Source of the DNA: Schizochytrium sp. TIO01
Taxonomy: Eukaryota; Protista; Bigyra: Labyrinthulomycetes
Direction: 5' to 3'
Assembly: GCA_004764695.1 (NCBI GenBank)
Contig: SMSO01000014.1
Coordinates: 4,474,845-4,538,844, forward strand
Length of the DNA: 64,000 nucleotides
Part shown: positions 25,297 to 36,087 of the stretch, one piece after another
Numbering within the stretch: the first letter of the stretch is position 1
Layout of the letters: the number at the start of each line of letters is the position of its first letter
Notes under the pieces: model-generated
What the model was told of the DNA's origin: nothing
The model's database searches: none
The model's input: only the letters and a program-made list of their open reading frames with translations
Position numbers and translations under genes: made by a program

Positions 25297-26382
25297 ATGC
25301 TGCGCTCATCCATGCTCAAGCAGGCATCTGCCGTCGCCAAACAATGCACACGCAGCTTGTCCACATCGCCAACAGGCGCCGTGGCCCAGGCCCCGCAATC
25401 AGTGACTCTGATGGACATGCTTGACAAGTCAAAACCGGTTGTCTCTGTTGACAAGAACATGACCGTTCGCGACGCAGTTCAGGCCATGGCGGCCAATGCT
25501 GCCTCGACGATTTTTGTGGAAGATAACGGCTTCGTTTGTGGTGTGATCAAGGAGAACGATGTTGTGACCCTCGCTGGAGAGACCGACGGAGACCTCTCCT
25601 CCCGCGTTTCTGACCTTATGAGCTCCTCCATCAGTTTTGCCAATACCTCCAACACCATTCGCGAGTCCCTGCAGCTTCTCAACTCAAGTAAACAAGATCA
25701 CCTCCCCATTCTCCAGCACCCTGCAGAGGCAGACAGCAACCTCCTCACCGACGTGAAGGTTTCTGATATCCGCCTTCTTGATGTCACAAGCATTATCTCT
25801 GCCAAGCAAATCATCGGCCAATTTTATTATGACGTCGTGGGACCCCACGCAGACCTCGAGGAGGATCAGCGCATTAATCTCGAAAACGAGGCACAATCTT
25901 TATACAAGCTTCCTAGTGTCAAGAGCATCATGAAGGCCAAGAAGACACGTAGCGAAGCTCTCGGCGAGCTCGGCACCATGGTCCTTAATACTCTCGTCGA
26001 GGACGAAATCAGCGTTCGTGAGACCATTCAACAGATGATCAAATATCAAAAGGGCAGCGTTGCAGTAATGGATATTTGCCGTGATGTGCCTGTCCTTGTC
26101 GGCCTTGCCACCGAGCAGGACATCGTGCGCCGTGTTCTCGCTAAGGACCTTAACCCGGCAGAAACTCTCGTTGCAGACATCATGACACGCAGCAATCTCG
26201 TAACTGTATCCTCCAAGGAGACCCTCCTGTCATGCGCTTACAAGATGATCCAGCTTGACGTGCGCCACCTTCCGGTTGTTTCCCCCAAGGGTGAGCACGT
26301 CCTTGCCATGGTTTCTTCTGGTGATGTCGTAGCATATCTTTGTGAGTCCCTCGAATCCGATGGCGCGTCCCCTTCCAAGTAA
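25297..26382 (+). CDS. CBS-domain (two Bateman pairs) protein, CBSX3-like, probably mitochondrial; 361 aa from the first ATG
   Basis: VSVDKNMTVRDAVQAM, VSDLMS, DHLPIL, VGLATEQDIVRRVLAKDL...VADIMT, VRHLPVV...SSGDVV. The N-terminus MLRSSMLKQASAVAKQCTRSLST is R/S/A-rich and lacks acidic residues. The ORF-track start at 25234 is TTG, so the ATG at 25297 is preferred. Confidence 0.85.
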   Translation: MLRSSMLKQASAVAKQCTRSLSTSPTGAVAQAPQSVTLMDMLDKSKPVVSVDKNMTVRDAVQAMAANAASTIFVEDNGFVCGVIKENDVVTLAGETDGDLSSRVSDLMSSSISFANTSNTIRESLQLLNSSKQDHLPILQHPAEADSNLLTDVKVSDIRLLDVTSIISAKQIIGQFYYDVVGPHADLEEDQRINLENEAQSLYKLPSVKSIMKAKKTRSEALGELGTMVLNTLVEDEISVRETIQQMIKYQKGSVAVMDICRDVPVLVGLATEQDIVRRVLAKDLNPAETLVADIMTRSNLVTVSSKETLLSCAYKMIQLDVRHLPVVSPKGEHVLAMVSSGDVVAYLCESLESDGASPSK

Positions 26383-27762
26383 TTTTTTTCTAGAGTTTGC
26401 ATATGTGGTTGATTTTTCATCTATATCTATGTACCTTTTTTCATTCAATTTGACGTTCTTCACTTGCCCTCATGTCTTCTAGCTCTACTTGTTCGCAAGG
26501 CTCGTCTTGAAAAACTTTGAAACAACATCAATAATCGTTTTAGTATATGGCATTTTGCTTTGTGCCTTGCAAGCATTCTACAAGCTTTAATGTAAAACCA
26601 CTGAAGGTGGATCCCGCATCTTTGCCTATTCACATGTAATTCAAGGCGCCAAGGTAGTTTTAAGAATTTTTCTTTTTCGATTTTGTTTTCTTATAAATTG
26701 TTTTATCATGTTCGTATGCTCTGCACCTCTTAAAAACTAAGTGAGAGACCTTCTCACGCACGCTCCATAGACCTTCTGTAGACTTACAAGGGTCTAGACT
26801 GCCTCTGGCTTGTATCTTGCGTACTAGTTCAAAGTCGAAAGACAGACGAGTCCCATGCCAACATGCACCTACATTTTGGGCTCCTCCGATCTGGAGAGAG
26901 TAATTAACTCTATGACGAATCCTACTAACAAATGTAAAATTGTAGCAAAGTGATTCCAGAAAAGACTCACATAACCCTTGGAAGCCAAACACCGAAAGGA
27001 TATATAAAACGCCTGTTATCCCTCAGTCACTATACTTAGTTATAGAAACAAATGAAGGCTTGGGAAGGAGGTCACAACGTACCCTAGCACACGCCCAAGA
27101 GAAATTCCCCGAATCATCGTTGGCTAACAACCATCTTACGCTCACAACCAGTGATACTAAAAGTAAGTAGCAGCTAGTCTGCATTTAGATTAGATATTTT
27201 TTCATAATGGTACACACCTTCCTTGGTCATACTTTAATAGCTGCACTTGAAGGACGAAAGCTGGTAATACGAAAAGTAAACCAGAACCCACCAGAACAAA
27301 GGGAAGGTGAGAACGTTCTTACTCGTATTGTCAGAGGCTACTTAATCGATCATCTGAGACTTATAGGTTAAAACGTAAGCTAAAACAATTAGTACAACCA
27401 GGTACTAAGAAGCAAAAGTAATGATACTATTATCAAGATCCTACCTTGCTATCTATCGTCTCATGTTTTGCACTTGAGCTTTCACTCAAGTCAAATGAGT
27501 GATACAAATAGCATTCGACTAGTGATATTGATTTTTCCAAAGCTTGCAAAGAAATGGGCACGTGTTCTTATAGATTAAAAACGTCGACAAGGCCATTGGA
27601 GCAAATGTATTGGCAAAAGGTTGTAACCTCCAGTTTAGATGATGCTGTGATGTCCCCATCCGATTTAGATCACATGTTTGACCTGAAGGAGGAGGGGGGC
27701 ATCATCACGAACAAGGTGATGTTATGGACATCTGACATTTAGGTCGCAGGTCGCAACGGCCC

Positions 27763-27936
27763 ATGTTTGACGACTCTGCTATAACATTCAATATTTGTGT
27801 AGGGTGCTGCTTTGTTTCATCGACTTTGCGAAAACAAGGACTTCATACATATTGCGATTGGTGTTGGGAACGCACTAATGAAGACGTGGGTTAAGCGGAA
27901 TGCCCCGACTTTTTCTGCAGTGAACATGTCAAGTGA
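27763..27936 (+). pseudogene. Possible degenerate RING-finger (RBR RING1-like) fragment
   Basis: Translates as FNICVGC...GLHTYCDWCWERTNEDVG*AECPDFFC, with RING-like H-x2-C-x2-CW...CP-x3-C spacing and an in-frame stop. Confidence 0.3.
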
Positions 27937-28305
27937 CTGATCTTTATTTGAAAATATAAAAATCTTTTGATGAGAAATTATTTACTTATGCGGATCTGCG
28001 CGTATGGTAGGGGTTAGGTATATTATTTTGCTTGAAGTGTAGTCGTTTGTGCGCAATAGTGGGGCATGTTCCAGAACACTCTTCCGCCTTTTAAAAGAAA
28101 AGAAAAGAGAAAGACTACAGATGTTATCACCATCATGTACATGAGCGTTTGTGTCTCCAATAGCTAATTTACCACCTTGAGCGGAGCGGTAAACACAAAC
28201 ACATCTGGTACAAGAGAGAGGATCTCGAACTAAAAAGTTATGTTTGGCACGACAGATAGAGATCTCACCTCCCATATGTACAACAGCCGCCCTTGTCGAA
28301 AATAC

Positions 28306-30570
28306 CTATTCATGAGAAGATAGTAATGAAGCCTTAAATCCTTCCAAAGCACACTGGTCGTCGTCGTCGTCATCGTCGTCGTCATCATCATCATCGTCGT
28401 CATCGTCATCATCATTGTTTGGGGCTTGCTTCGCAGCCTTTTCCATTTCTTTCTCGTTCTCATCATCATCATCATCATCACCACCATCGTTCTTGTCAAT
28501 TTTGCCATTGCCATTTGCGGCCCGGATCAAATCCTCTGCTTCTCCACTTGCCATAAGGTTAGCAGCAGCTGTAGCAGCTGTAGGAATCGATGGCTGTGGT
28601 AAAACAGTTTCTTTATCAGTGGATCTAACTTGACGCTTCGCAGCTGGTGGCACCAATGTTGGCTCGCGTTGATCATAAGTATCACCTTCTTGCTCTACAT
28701 CATTCTCGGCATTCTCGATCGGATATCCCCACTCGTCTAACTCAGGAAGCTTTCGTTTGCTACCTGCTGTGCTAGAGGATGATCTTGAAGCTGGCGATGA
28801 TAGTGAGGTCGAGGAAGAGGAACAGGGTTGAGCGAAGCCTGCAGAGAGTTTCGCAGAGGGATCAATTGAGGTCGTGCTTTCCGCAGTGGTTGAGGAAAGT
28901 TGTTCTGCAGGCAAAGCCTCGGCTGGCGAAATGTTCGAAGTAATATCCTTGGGCATAAGTGACGCGACATCTGCTGCTCCAGGGACAACACCTGCTGCAG
29001 CATTAGATTCGGATACCTTTGATGATGAGGAGTATACGCGAAACAGTGAATAATGCGTAAATTGCTCGCGATTCCAGTTGTGAATACACGCATGCAACCA
29101 GTCGGGATGTACAACCCAGATTTTAGCAGCCTTTGCTTTTTGAGCGAGGGTCGAATTCGCATTCCAGGATATCACAGCACGGGTGTTTGCCTCAATAGAT
29201 GCCGAGCAGACAGCTCCGGCATTCTCCGCGAGTGCCCACATACTCCGACGATCTGGGTCTGGAAGGTCAATAACAATTGGCATACTGCGAAGGATGCGCC
29301 GCCGAAGCTCCCGAATAAGTTTCTTGACATCGCCCCCCTTGCCTTGCTTTTGCATGCTAGGTGTAATACCACCAGGGACCTTGTAAAAATGCGAATGAAC
29401 CCATTGCAAAAGCTCGAGGACGCGTTTCAGCCCACGGTCCATTTGCTGCTTGGCAAAAGCCTCATCCTCGTCCTTGACTTCCTCCTTAAGATCAAACTCT
29501 GGGCCTGACGTGTTGTTTACCTCTGACATGCCTAAAAAAAAGTGGTAGGGCCGGATAGTAATCAGGTTGTTGACATCTTCAATCCAGACATCAGAACGAT
29601 CGTCAACGGCGAGCACCATGCGGTCCTCCGTAGGGAAGAAACGTTGAAGGCGCTTAATCTTACCCAGCTCTGGCACATCGGTTCGCGAGATAATGCGATC
29701 TCCAAAAAGACTCTTGTCCGGATCAAAGATACGTGCGACAGCCTCCGCGTAAAGTCGTGTACCAGCTGTGTAAATGTATAATTCATACATCTTGCTCACC
29801 TGTTTGAGCCAATCCTCCAGGCCAGGCCGCAGCATAACAAAGTGCTCGCGAGCACCTCCAGGCACACCTTCCTTGCTCATGTCCAGCATAAATCGATGCA
29901 GGAGTTTATCAGGGAGACCTTTACTCTTGACAAATGCGGGCGCCCTTGCATCATCCGTGGCGTGGAGCATGGTATGGTCAATGTCCAGGACGAGCAGCAA
30001 TTTCTGAGAATTGATAAGTCGCTTCAGTGTACGCATATGGTCTCCCTCTGCCTCGTCTTGGCTTACCAAAATCTTGTTGCCGCCATCGACATTTAGGGTC
30101 ATAGATGCAGAGATTCCTTCTTCCGCACGTTGGTTCTCCACAAGTACACCTGAGGCTTCGCCAAGTGCGGTCTTGTTGATTAGAGAAGGAGTACGTCCAC
30201 ACAGGCCGCACAGACCGCCACCGATTACAATTGGGTGCTCACAGTATGACATCCGCAGAAGGGCAGGCATTTCCTGACGTACTGCTGACTCCCCATCCTG
30301 AATGGTCTCAGTTGGAGTCACGGGAGCTCCTGCAGGGAAGAAGATTTCCAGAATTGTGCCATCAAGAGGAGCTTGAAGGTCCACAATACGGTCGTTTGCA
30401 CCGTCTGGGCTCTTGCAGAGGCACTCAGCCATCACGTCACCGATCTCAACATCTTGACCAACCTCAACGCGCCACCTGCGTACACTTCCGCCCAGAGTAC
30501 CAGGAAATAGCACACGAGCACGATTTTCTGTAGACTCAGATTTTTCCTTCTTGGATCTACGACGACGCAT
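28306..30570 (-). CDS. FCP1: RNA polymerase II CTD phosphatase Fcp1/CTDP1, 754 aa
   Basis: N-terminal lipoyl/biotinyl-like hybrid; CEHPIVIGGLCGLCG; HAD motif LVLDIDHTMLHA (DxDxT); LRPGL..WL, YTAGTRLYA, FGDRIISR, AVDDRSDVW; BRCT-like VVHPDWLHAC; acidic tail. Confidence 0.93.
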   Translation of the reverse strand: MRRRRSKKEKSESTENRARVLFPGTLGGSVRRWRVEVGQDVEIGDVMAECLCKSPDGANDRIVDLQAPLDGTILEIFFPAGAPVTPTETIQDGESAVRQEMPALLRMSYCEHPIVIGGGLCGLCGRTPSLINKTALGEASGVLVENQRAEEGISASMTLNVDGGNKILVSQDEAEGDHMRTLKRLINSQKLLLVLDIDHTMLHATDDARAPAFVKSKGLPDKLLHRFMLDMSKEGVPGGAREHFVMLRPGLEDWLKQVSKMYELYIYTAGTRLYAEAVARIFDPDKSLFGDRIISRTDVPELGKIKRLQRFFPTEDRMVLAVDDRSDVWIEDVNNLITIRPYHFFLGMSEVNNTSGPEFDLKEEVKDEDEAFAKQQMDRGLKRVLELLQWVHSHFYKVPGGITPSMQKQGKGGDVKKLIRELRRRILRSMPIVIDLPDPDRRSMWALAENAGAVCSASIEANTRAVISWNANSTLAQKAKAAKIWVVHPDWLHACIHNWNREQFTHYSLFRVYSSSSKVSESNAAAGVVPGAADVASLMPKDITSNISPAEALPAEQLSSTTAESTTSIDPSAKLSAGFAQPCSSSSTSLSSPASRSSSSTAGSKRKLPELDEWGYPIENAENDVEQEGDTYDQREPTLVPPAAKRQVRSTDKETVLPQPSIPTAATAAANLMASGEAEDLIRAANGNGKIDKNDGGDDDDDDENEKEMEKAAKQAPNNDDDDDDDDDDDDDDDDDDDQCALEGFKASLLSSHE

Positions 30571-31802
30571 TCTTAATGTCTAAAGCAAAACGGGTTCACC
30601 AACTTCTCCGTACAGATCGAAATAACTTGGACGTGGATCTTATATGCGGATCACGTAGAGAGTTCAAGTATATCTATTTGTGAGGAAGATGGTGAGACTC
30701 CTCTCCAAAACAAAAGTAGCAGCGTGCCAAGAAGGCGTACAATAGAGATTTCGAAGCTGAAGTTCTGTTGGCGATCCTGATATTATTCAGAGAACCTCAA
30801 CCAACAAAATCTATCCAGAAACCCCAGCAGAAGCAGAAACCACAGCACCAGTACAACTATGCAGACCAGAAAGTCAAACAAAGATTAGAGACAGACGCTG
30901 AAAAGTAAGCAAGCTCCTGAAAACCACGGTCAGGAAAGTTTAGAGATGGCCGCACGATGCTGGAGTGGTTGATGATATAGAAAACTAACTCCCAGGGCAC
31001 CAAGCCGGCACACCCACGTCTCACGAGCCAATACGCACAGTTATGCCGGGTCAGACCCAGCTCGGAGTCCTCTGACCGAAAGGCCCCAGGATGTGGCCTG
31101 AGCACAAAGTCGGCGGCGGAAGTCGCCCCGTTGGTGGTCTGCAGCCGAAGCTGACTTTGAAACTATGTATTCATAAAATTCACTCATTTCATTCACTCAT
31201 ATTGAATCAATAGTAAGATCATATTGTGGGAAAAGCCATATCAAGACAGTTATATAGATACCCATGGAAATGCCAAGGAGCAAACCAATTGTCGTGGGTC
31301 AACAGCACCTCAACGAGCGCACTCATCGTAATCATTTCCAGCACCAAAGAATGCAGCAAGGCTTCTTTCTTGAGTGCTTTCCTTTCACCCGTGATGCAGA
31401 TAGAGTGAGAGAAGAACATAGCAGTTTTGCGTTCTTCCTATCAATCATACGTAAGGAGCAAAAAGAAGGGACGGGAAATATTCTCAAAAGAACCTATGGA
31501 ACAGTCAGCACTTTAAGAACCAAAGGTTGGAACGTATGGAATTTACAGAACGTATGGATTTTATGGAACCTGTGAGGTCTGATGGAGCTTGTGGAGCATT
31601 TGGAACGTGCAAAGAATTAGTTTCATGAGTCAACCAACATATGCGCGAGACCGACGCAGGAGATCTGATGCTTGAACGGAAACTGCGCTTCGCATAAGGT
31701 AGAGACGCGGACGTGGAGCAAGCGTGTTTACGAGCTGTAGAATAAGCACCAGGTCACGGCTGGCTTGTTCGTAGGAGATTCAACTTTCTGAACCCCAACG
31801 GC

Positions 31803-33140
31803 ATGTGGAAGGTGGTGGCGCGTGACCGTGGCGCGAAGACAGCACAAAGACTCGTGGAGCTCGCAGGAAATCATAAAGATGTTCTTGCGAACGAAGTTGC
31901 GAGAGTTGACATTGCCGAATTTCTAAAACGATCTGCAAGTAAGAAAGTAGCACTGATTGATGTGAGGGCCCCATGTGAGTTTAACAAAGGCAGAATGCTT
32001 GGGGCCTACAACTTACCTCTGCTCGATGATGAAGATCGTGCGAGTATTGGCACCATGTATAAGCGCGCCGGCAGGAAGGAAGCAGTGAAACTAGGCTTTC
32101 AGCTGGTGAGTCCAAAGATACCTTCAATGATCGAGCAAGCTCTAGGCATCCTTCAAAGTGCAAATGCAAACACCTTTGCCGTCTACTGTGCTCGAGGCGG
32201 TCTCCGGTCTCAGCTAACATCTAGTTTTCTACACTCTGTTTTTGTTAATCAAAAGCCTACCAAGCTGATGGAGTCCCTTGAAGAAAGACCGGAAAGTCCC
32301 CACCGCAATGCACGATCCTTAATACACGATTCGCCAAGAAACTCTTTGCCAGATGTAGAGGAGATATTTATTTGCGATGGTGGCTACAAAGCGTACCGAA
32401 ACTACATGCTTAGTTCGTTTGAAGAACTAAATCTACAGCCCCAAATTCACATCATTGGAGGTCGCACAGGGGCAGGCAAATCAAGACTCTTGCGTAAACT
32501 TCGCGACACCTATAAAGAGCAAATTATTGACCTCGAAGCACTAGCTAATCATAGGGGCAGCGCATTTGGCAGAATTGGTGAAATTAATCCACAACCCTCT
32601 AGTGAACAATTTGGAAATCTACTCGGGTCTCACTGGCGTGGCCTTGACCTTAGCCGACCAGTTTATATCGAGGATGAGGGACCTAACATCGGTGACTGTC
32701 AAATACCCCCAAAACTTTACGCGGCTATGCGTAACGCCCCGCTCGTGGTACGTCTTGAAGTCCCTGAAGGTCTCCGTATTTCAAATCTTGTCAAAGACTA
32801 TTGTACAGCAATAGATAAAGCAAGCTTTCCTGGCGAGTATATGGCATGGGAAACGGATATGAAGAATTCTTGCATTCGATTGCGGAAGCGCCTTGGAGAC
32901 GAGCGACTTACCAACATTCTTCAGGCCTTAGAAGATTCCAATTATGCTCTTGTAGCTCAGACACTACTCCTATACTATGACCGTTTGTACGAGAAACACA
33001 TCATGAAAAATCGTGACTTGCGTCATTTCATCACTGTCCAACTACGCGAGTCTGATCTATCAAAGTCTGATGTTGATGCATATTCTCTTCTAGCCCAGAA
33101 TATGCTGAAAGCAATAGACACTGTAAAACGCACAACATGA
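31803..33140 (+). CDS. selU: tRNA 2-selenouridine synthase SelU/MnmH-like (rhodanese + P-loop), 445 aa
   Basis: LIDVRAPCEF, NLPLLDDEDRASIGTMYK, active-site YCARGGLRS, GGYKAYR, Walker A GRTGAGKS, IDLEALANHRGSAFG, QPSSEQF, IEDEG..IG, LLLYYDRLY. Confidence 0.9.
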   Translation: MWKVVARDRGAKTAQRLVELAGNHKDVLANEVARVDIAEFLKRSASKKVALIDVRAPCEFNKGRMLGAYNLPLLDDEDRASIGTMYKRAGRKEAVKLGFQLVSPKIPSMIEQALGILQSANANTFAVYCARGGLRSQLTSSFLHSVFVNQKPTKLMESLEERPESPHRNARSLIHDSPRNSLPDVEEIFICDGGYKAYRNYMLSSFEELNLQPQIHIIGGRTGAGKSRLLRKLRDTYKEQIIDLEALANHRGSAFGRIGEINPQPSSEQFGNLLGSHWRGLDLSRPVYIEDEGPNIGDCQIPPKLYAAMRNAPLVVRLEVPEGLRISNLVKDYCTAIDKASFPGEYMAWETDMKNSCIRLRKRLGDERLTNILQALEDSNYALVAQTLLLYYDRLYEKHIMKNRDLRHFITVQLRESDLSKSDVDAYSLLAQNMLKAIDTVKRTT

Positions 33141-33574
33141 ACACCTCCCAGGAAGGAAGAATGTCAGTTTCGTTCAATTTATTCCAAGTCAAGTTAAGTT
33201 ATACATACATTTTAGCACTTTGTAAACGTATCTTTTGCCTAATTCTCAATTTCTCTGTCATTGATTCATCTGAAATGGAGCACCAAAGAACAACAACTGC
33301 CCGCTTCTATTTGTTTGTAAAAGTGATGCATTAGGCTAACGCCGATAGTTTCTCAGTGTTCGGGTTATTTGGAAAACGTACCTATAAGTTTCATGGTTTC
33401 AATCTCAACAACAATGTCAAGCGATGCCCTTAATCTTCAATGTATACATGATTTAGCTATTTATCAAAAATGAATAATTTCAAAGTGCAGTAGATGTTGA
33501 GGTTACACCATGATTCTGTAGATAGTTCGCCATCATGTCCATAATTTTTTGTTGAGATCACGCAGGAGCTCCTT

Positions 33575-35104
33575 CTATTTATCTGCACGATCTTCCTTTT
33601 GGTTTTCGTGTGTAATTTGGGGGTTCGATGGCAGAGGAACTTCTACGTCAGCGCTATCAGCATCACAGTCTTGTTCTCTAGGGGATGCTAATGATCCTGC
33701 ATAGCTCTGATGATCATCTACGAAATTATCAAAGTGGTCAAAGGAAAGACATTCTGATCCCACCTGGCTTCTTGAACCCTCATCCAAATCAGGAGCAGTC
33801 GCTGGCTTCATTGACAATGCAGATTGTTCCGCTGCACTAGAACACTCCACACCCTGACGAAGACCAATTTGTATTCCTGTTGCTAGTAGTATGGCTGATT
33901 CGGGCAGCACTGTAGAAGTTAGAGAATCTGTACGTGCAATGGACGGTAAGGATACTAAGGGTGGCGTGGGGGTTGTGGTTGCCTCAGCTGCTTTATTTTT
34001 TTTAATTTGTGGTTGATCTGCATCACCTTGAGCTAAGCTTGACGAACGTTTTCGGCCTTGGGCTGAGCTGCTGGACGAATCCGATTTGCCATAATCAGAA
34101 AATATGTTTGCAATTGTATTCGAATGAATAAAACACAATTGCTTGCCACGAATCATGGAATCAGAAAGTGAGAGTTGGCTCCTGTAGTAAGAATCTATGC
34201 GTGCCTTGCATTTTTCACCTTTATGGCCTTTGGGCTTCGACCTAACTTGGATTTTATTCTCATACGCAGTTTCAGCTCCATTGTTTGAAAATGAAACTCT
34301 ATACAACACATCTTTGGTATGCTGTTGGCGTCGTGCGATTAAACGAATTGCGAAGATATTCCCATGTTTAGGATGCTTGAAGGAGTAAACAAATGGCCTG
34401 TATTCAAATTTTTTGCGAGATGTCTTTTTCATCTCTGTCACCCCCTCCTCCTCCTCCTCCTCCTCCTCCTCGCCCACTTTTTGTAGCACCATCTCCTTCA
34501 TTTTGCTCAAATTGTTTTCTAATAGTTCCTTTGAAATGGTTGAAAATATTTGGTTTTCAGACCCAGGGTTCTCCACCTTTATATCTTTTATGAGAAATTC
34601 TGAGCCTGTATCACATAGTTTAACACGAATCTTCTGGGGGTATCCGGCACGCTGACCATGTGTTACATCCCAGACTTTAATTTCATACCATCCCTCGAAG
34701 CCATCAGGACAGCGCACGACTTCGATTCCAATGGATGTGGGAACCAACTCCTTACCGAAGACGGTAGGTAGTCGCTGCAGAACTGTAGGGCGAGGAGTTG
34801 CACAGCTGGAGTCTCCGTTGACTCCGTCGGAAGACTGCTCATCTGTATGTTCTTGATGCATTTCCTCGTTTGTGCGAGTTCCCACATGCCGGGGCTGGTC
34901 TCCTTGCGCATGGGTGGTGGCATCATCACCCTGTGAAGAATGATTCGATTCCGCATTTTCTGCAGAACTAGTATCGTGTGCGGTAGTGTTACTAGCTTGG
35001 GGATCCTGTGAGGCATCCTTTGGAGGAGCAGAAGCTCCATCTGCAGGAGCCTTGCTCGTCTCGTAGCTGCTCGATTCCTTCATGGTCTCTACGCCTCGGG
35101 TCAT
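33575..35104 (-). CDS. Hypothetical protein, ~509 aa; disordered termini and a basic central region
   Basis: Long uninterrupted ORF. The first ATG is at 35104 (the track start at 35128 is GTG). No family recognised. Confidence 0.7.
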   Translation of the reverse strand: MTRGVETMKESSSYETSKAPADGASAPPKDASQDPQASNTTAHDTSSAENAESNHSSQGDDATTHAQGDQPRHVGTRTNEEMHQEHTDEQSSDGVNGDSSCATPRPTVLQRLPTVFGKELVPTSIGIEVVRCPDGFEGWYEIKVWDVTHGQRAGYPQKIRVKLCDTGSEFLIKDIKVENPGSENQIFSTISKELLENNLSKMKEMVLQKVGEEEEEEEEEGVTEMKKTSRKKFEYRPFVYSFKHPKHGNIFAIRLIARRQQHTKDVLYRVSFSNNGAETAYENKIQVRSKPKGHKGEKCKARIDSYYRSQLSLSDSMIRGKQLCFIHSNTIANIFSDYGKSDSSSSSAQGRKRSSSLAQGDADQPQIKKNKAAEATTTPTPPLVSLPSIARTDSLTSTVLPESAILLATGIQIGLRQGVECSSAAEQSALSMKPATAPDLDEGSRSQVGSECLSFDHFDNFVDDHQSYAGSLASPREQDCDADSADVEVPLPSNPQITHENQKEDRADK

Positions 35105-35441
35105 GCTTGTTTGCTTGATGCTCGGCACAGTCTTGGCGTCTTAGCTCGTTGCACTCACTGAAGTTGAATAGGGGACAAACTCTTGGCCAAGAGTACTCAC
35201 ACACAACGATATGACCAACTCCCTGCACGGGATCTGGTGGCACGTGAATGGCGATCTAACCTTATCTCTCAACTAATGTGGCTAAACCCACTTACTCAGC
35301 GGACCCTGCTGATGCTGTAGAGTAACGAAGAACGCGAGAGGTGGGGGGGAGGACGATTGATTCTGGCTAAGACGATTGATGTTTGCAGTCCCGGTGAAGA
35401 CGAATGATAAAGGACCTATGCTTGTTGTACGGAATTCTGTA

Positions 35442-35507
35442 TAGTATTATGCTAATTTAACATTTTGAGATCTGCGTAGTATTATGCTAATTTAACATTT
35501 TTAGATC
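35442..35507. repeat. 35-bp tandem duplication upstream of the 33575-35104 gene
   Basis: tagtattatgctaatttaacatttt(g/t)agatc occurs at 35442 and 35477. Confidence 0.85.
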
Positions 35508-36087
35508 CATCCTTTCTTCCTCAAACCAGAAGTTGCAATATCTAATAAACTGGTATTACCAATCAATAAATTTACAATGCCTTCTTCGGTCTTATCATGT
35601 ATTCCAAACTGCTTTCCTTGCCTGCTTTTAGCTGGCCAGGTTCATCTTTCTGCAGAAAAAGAAAAGAAGAGAAATCTCCTTCTATTGTTTATCACTTCAT
35701 CTATAGACCCTTTGTAGACGTACGCAGATCTTGGATGAAATCCAAGAAGGCTACAACCTCTTTCAACAAATTTGGCATGAAATGAGTCATAATTTGCTCT
35801 TTAAAAAAAATAAAAAATCCAAATCCCAAACACATGTCATAAACTCTAATCAGTTATCTCAATTAGCACCTTAAGCCTCTTGGGAAGCTACTTGATGACC
35901 TCACGGCAACGGTAGAAGCGTGGTTCTTGAGTCCTCCACAAATGGTAAGGGGTTTCCTGTTTCTTTTAGTCTACAAAGTCTCAAATTGATATTAAACAAG
36001 GCAAAGCAACACTGAATAGAATATTGATACATTAATGGATAGTAATACAGTCTTGATGAGAAGTTGGCAGCTCTTTGGAGCTTGTAG

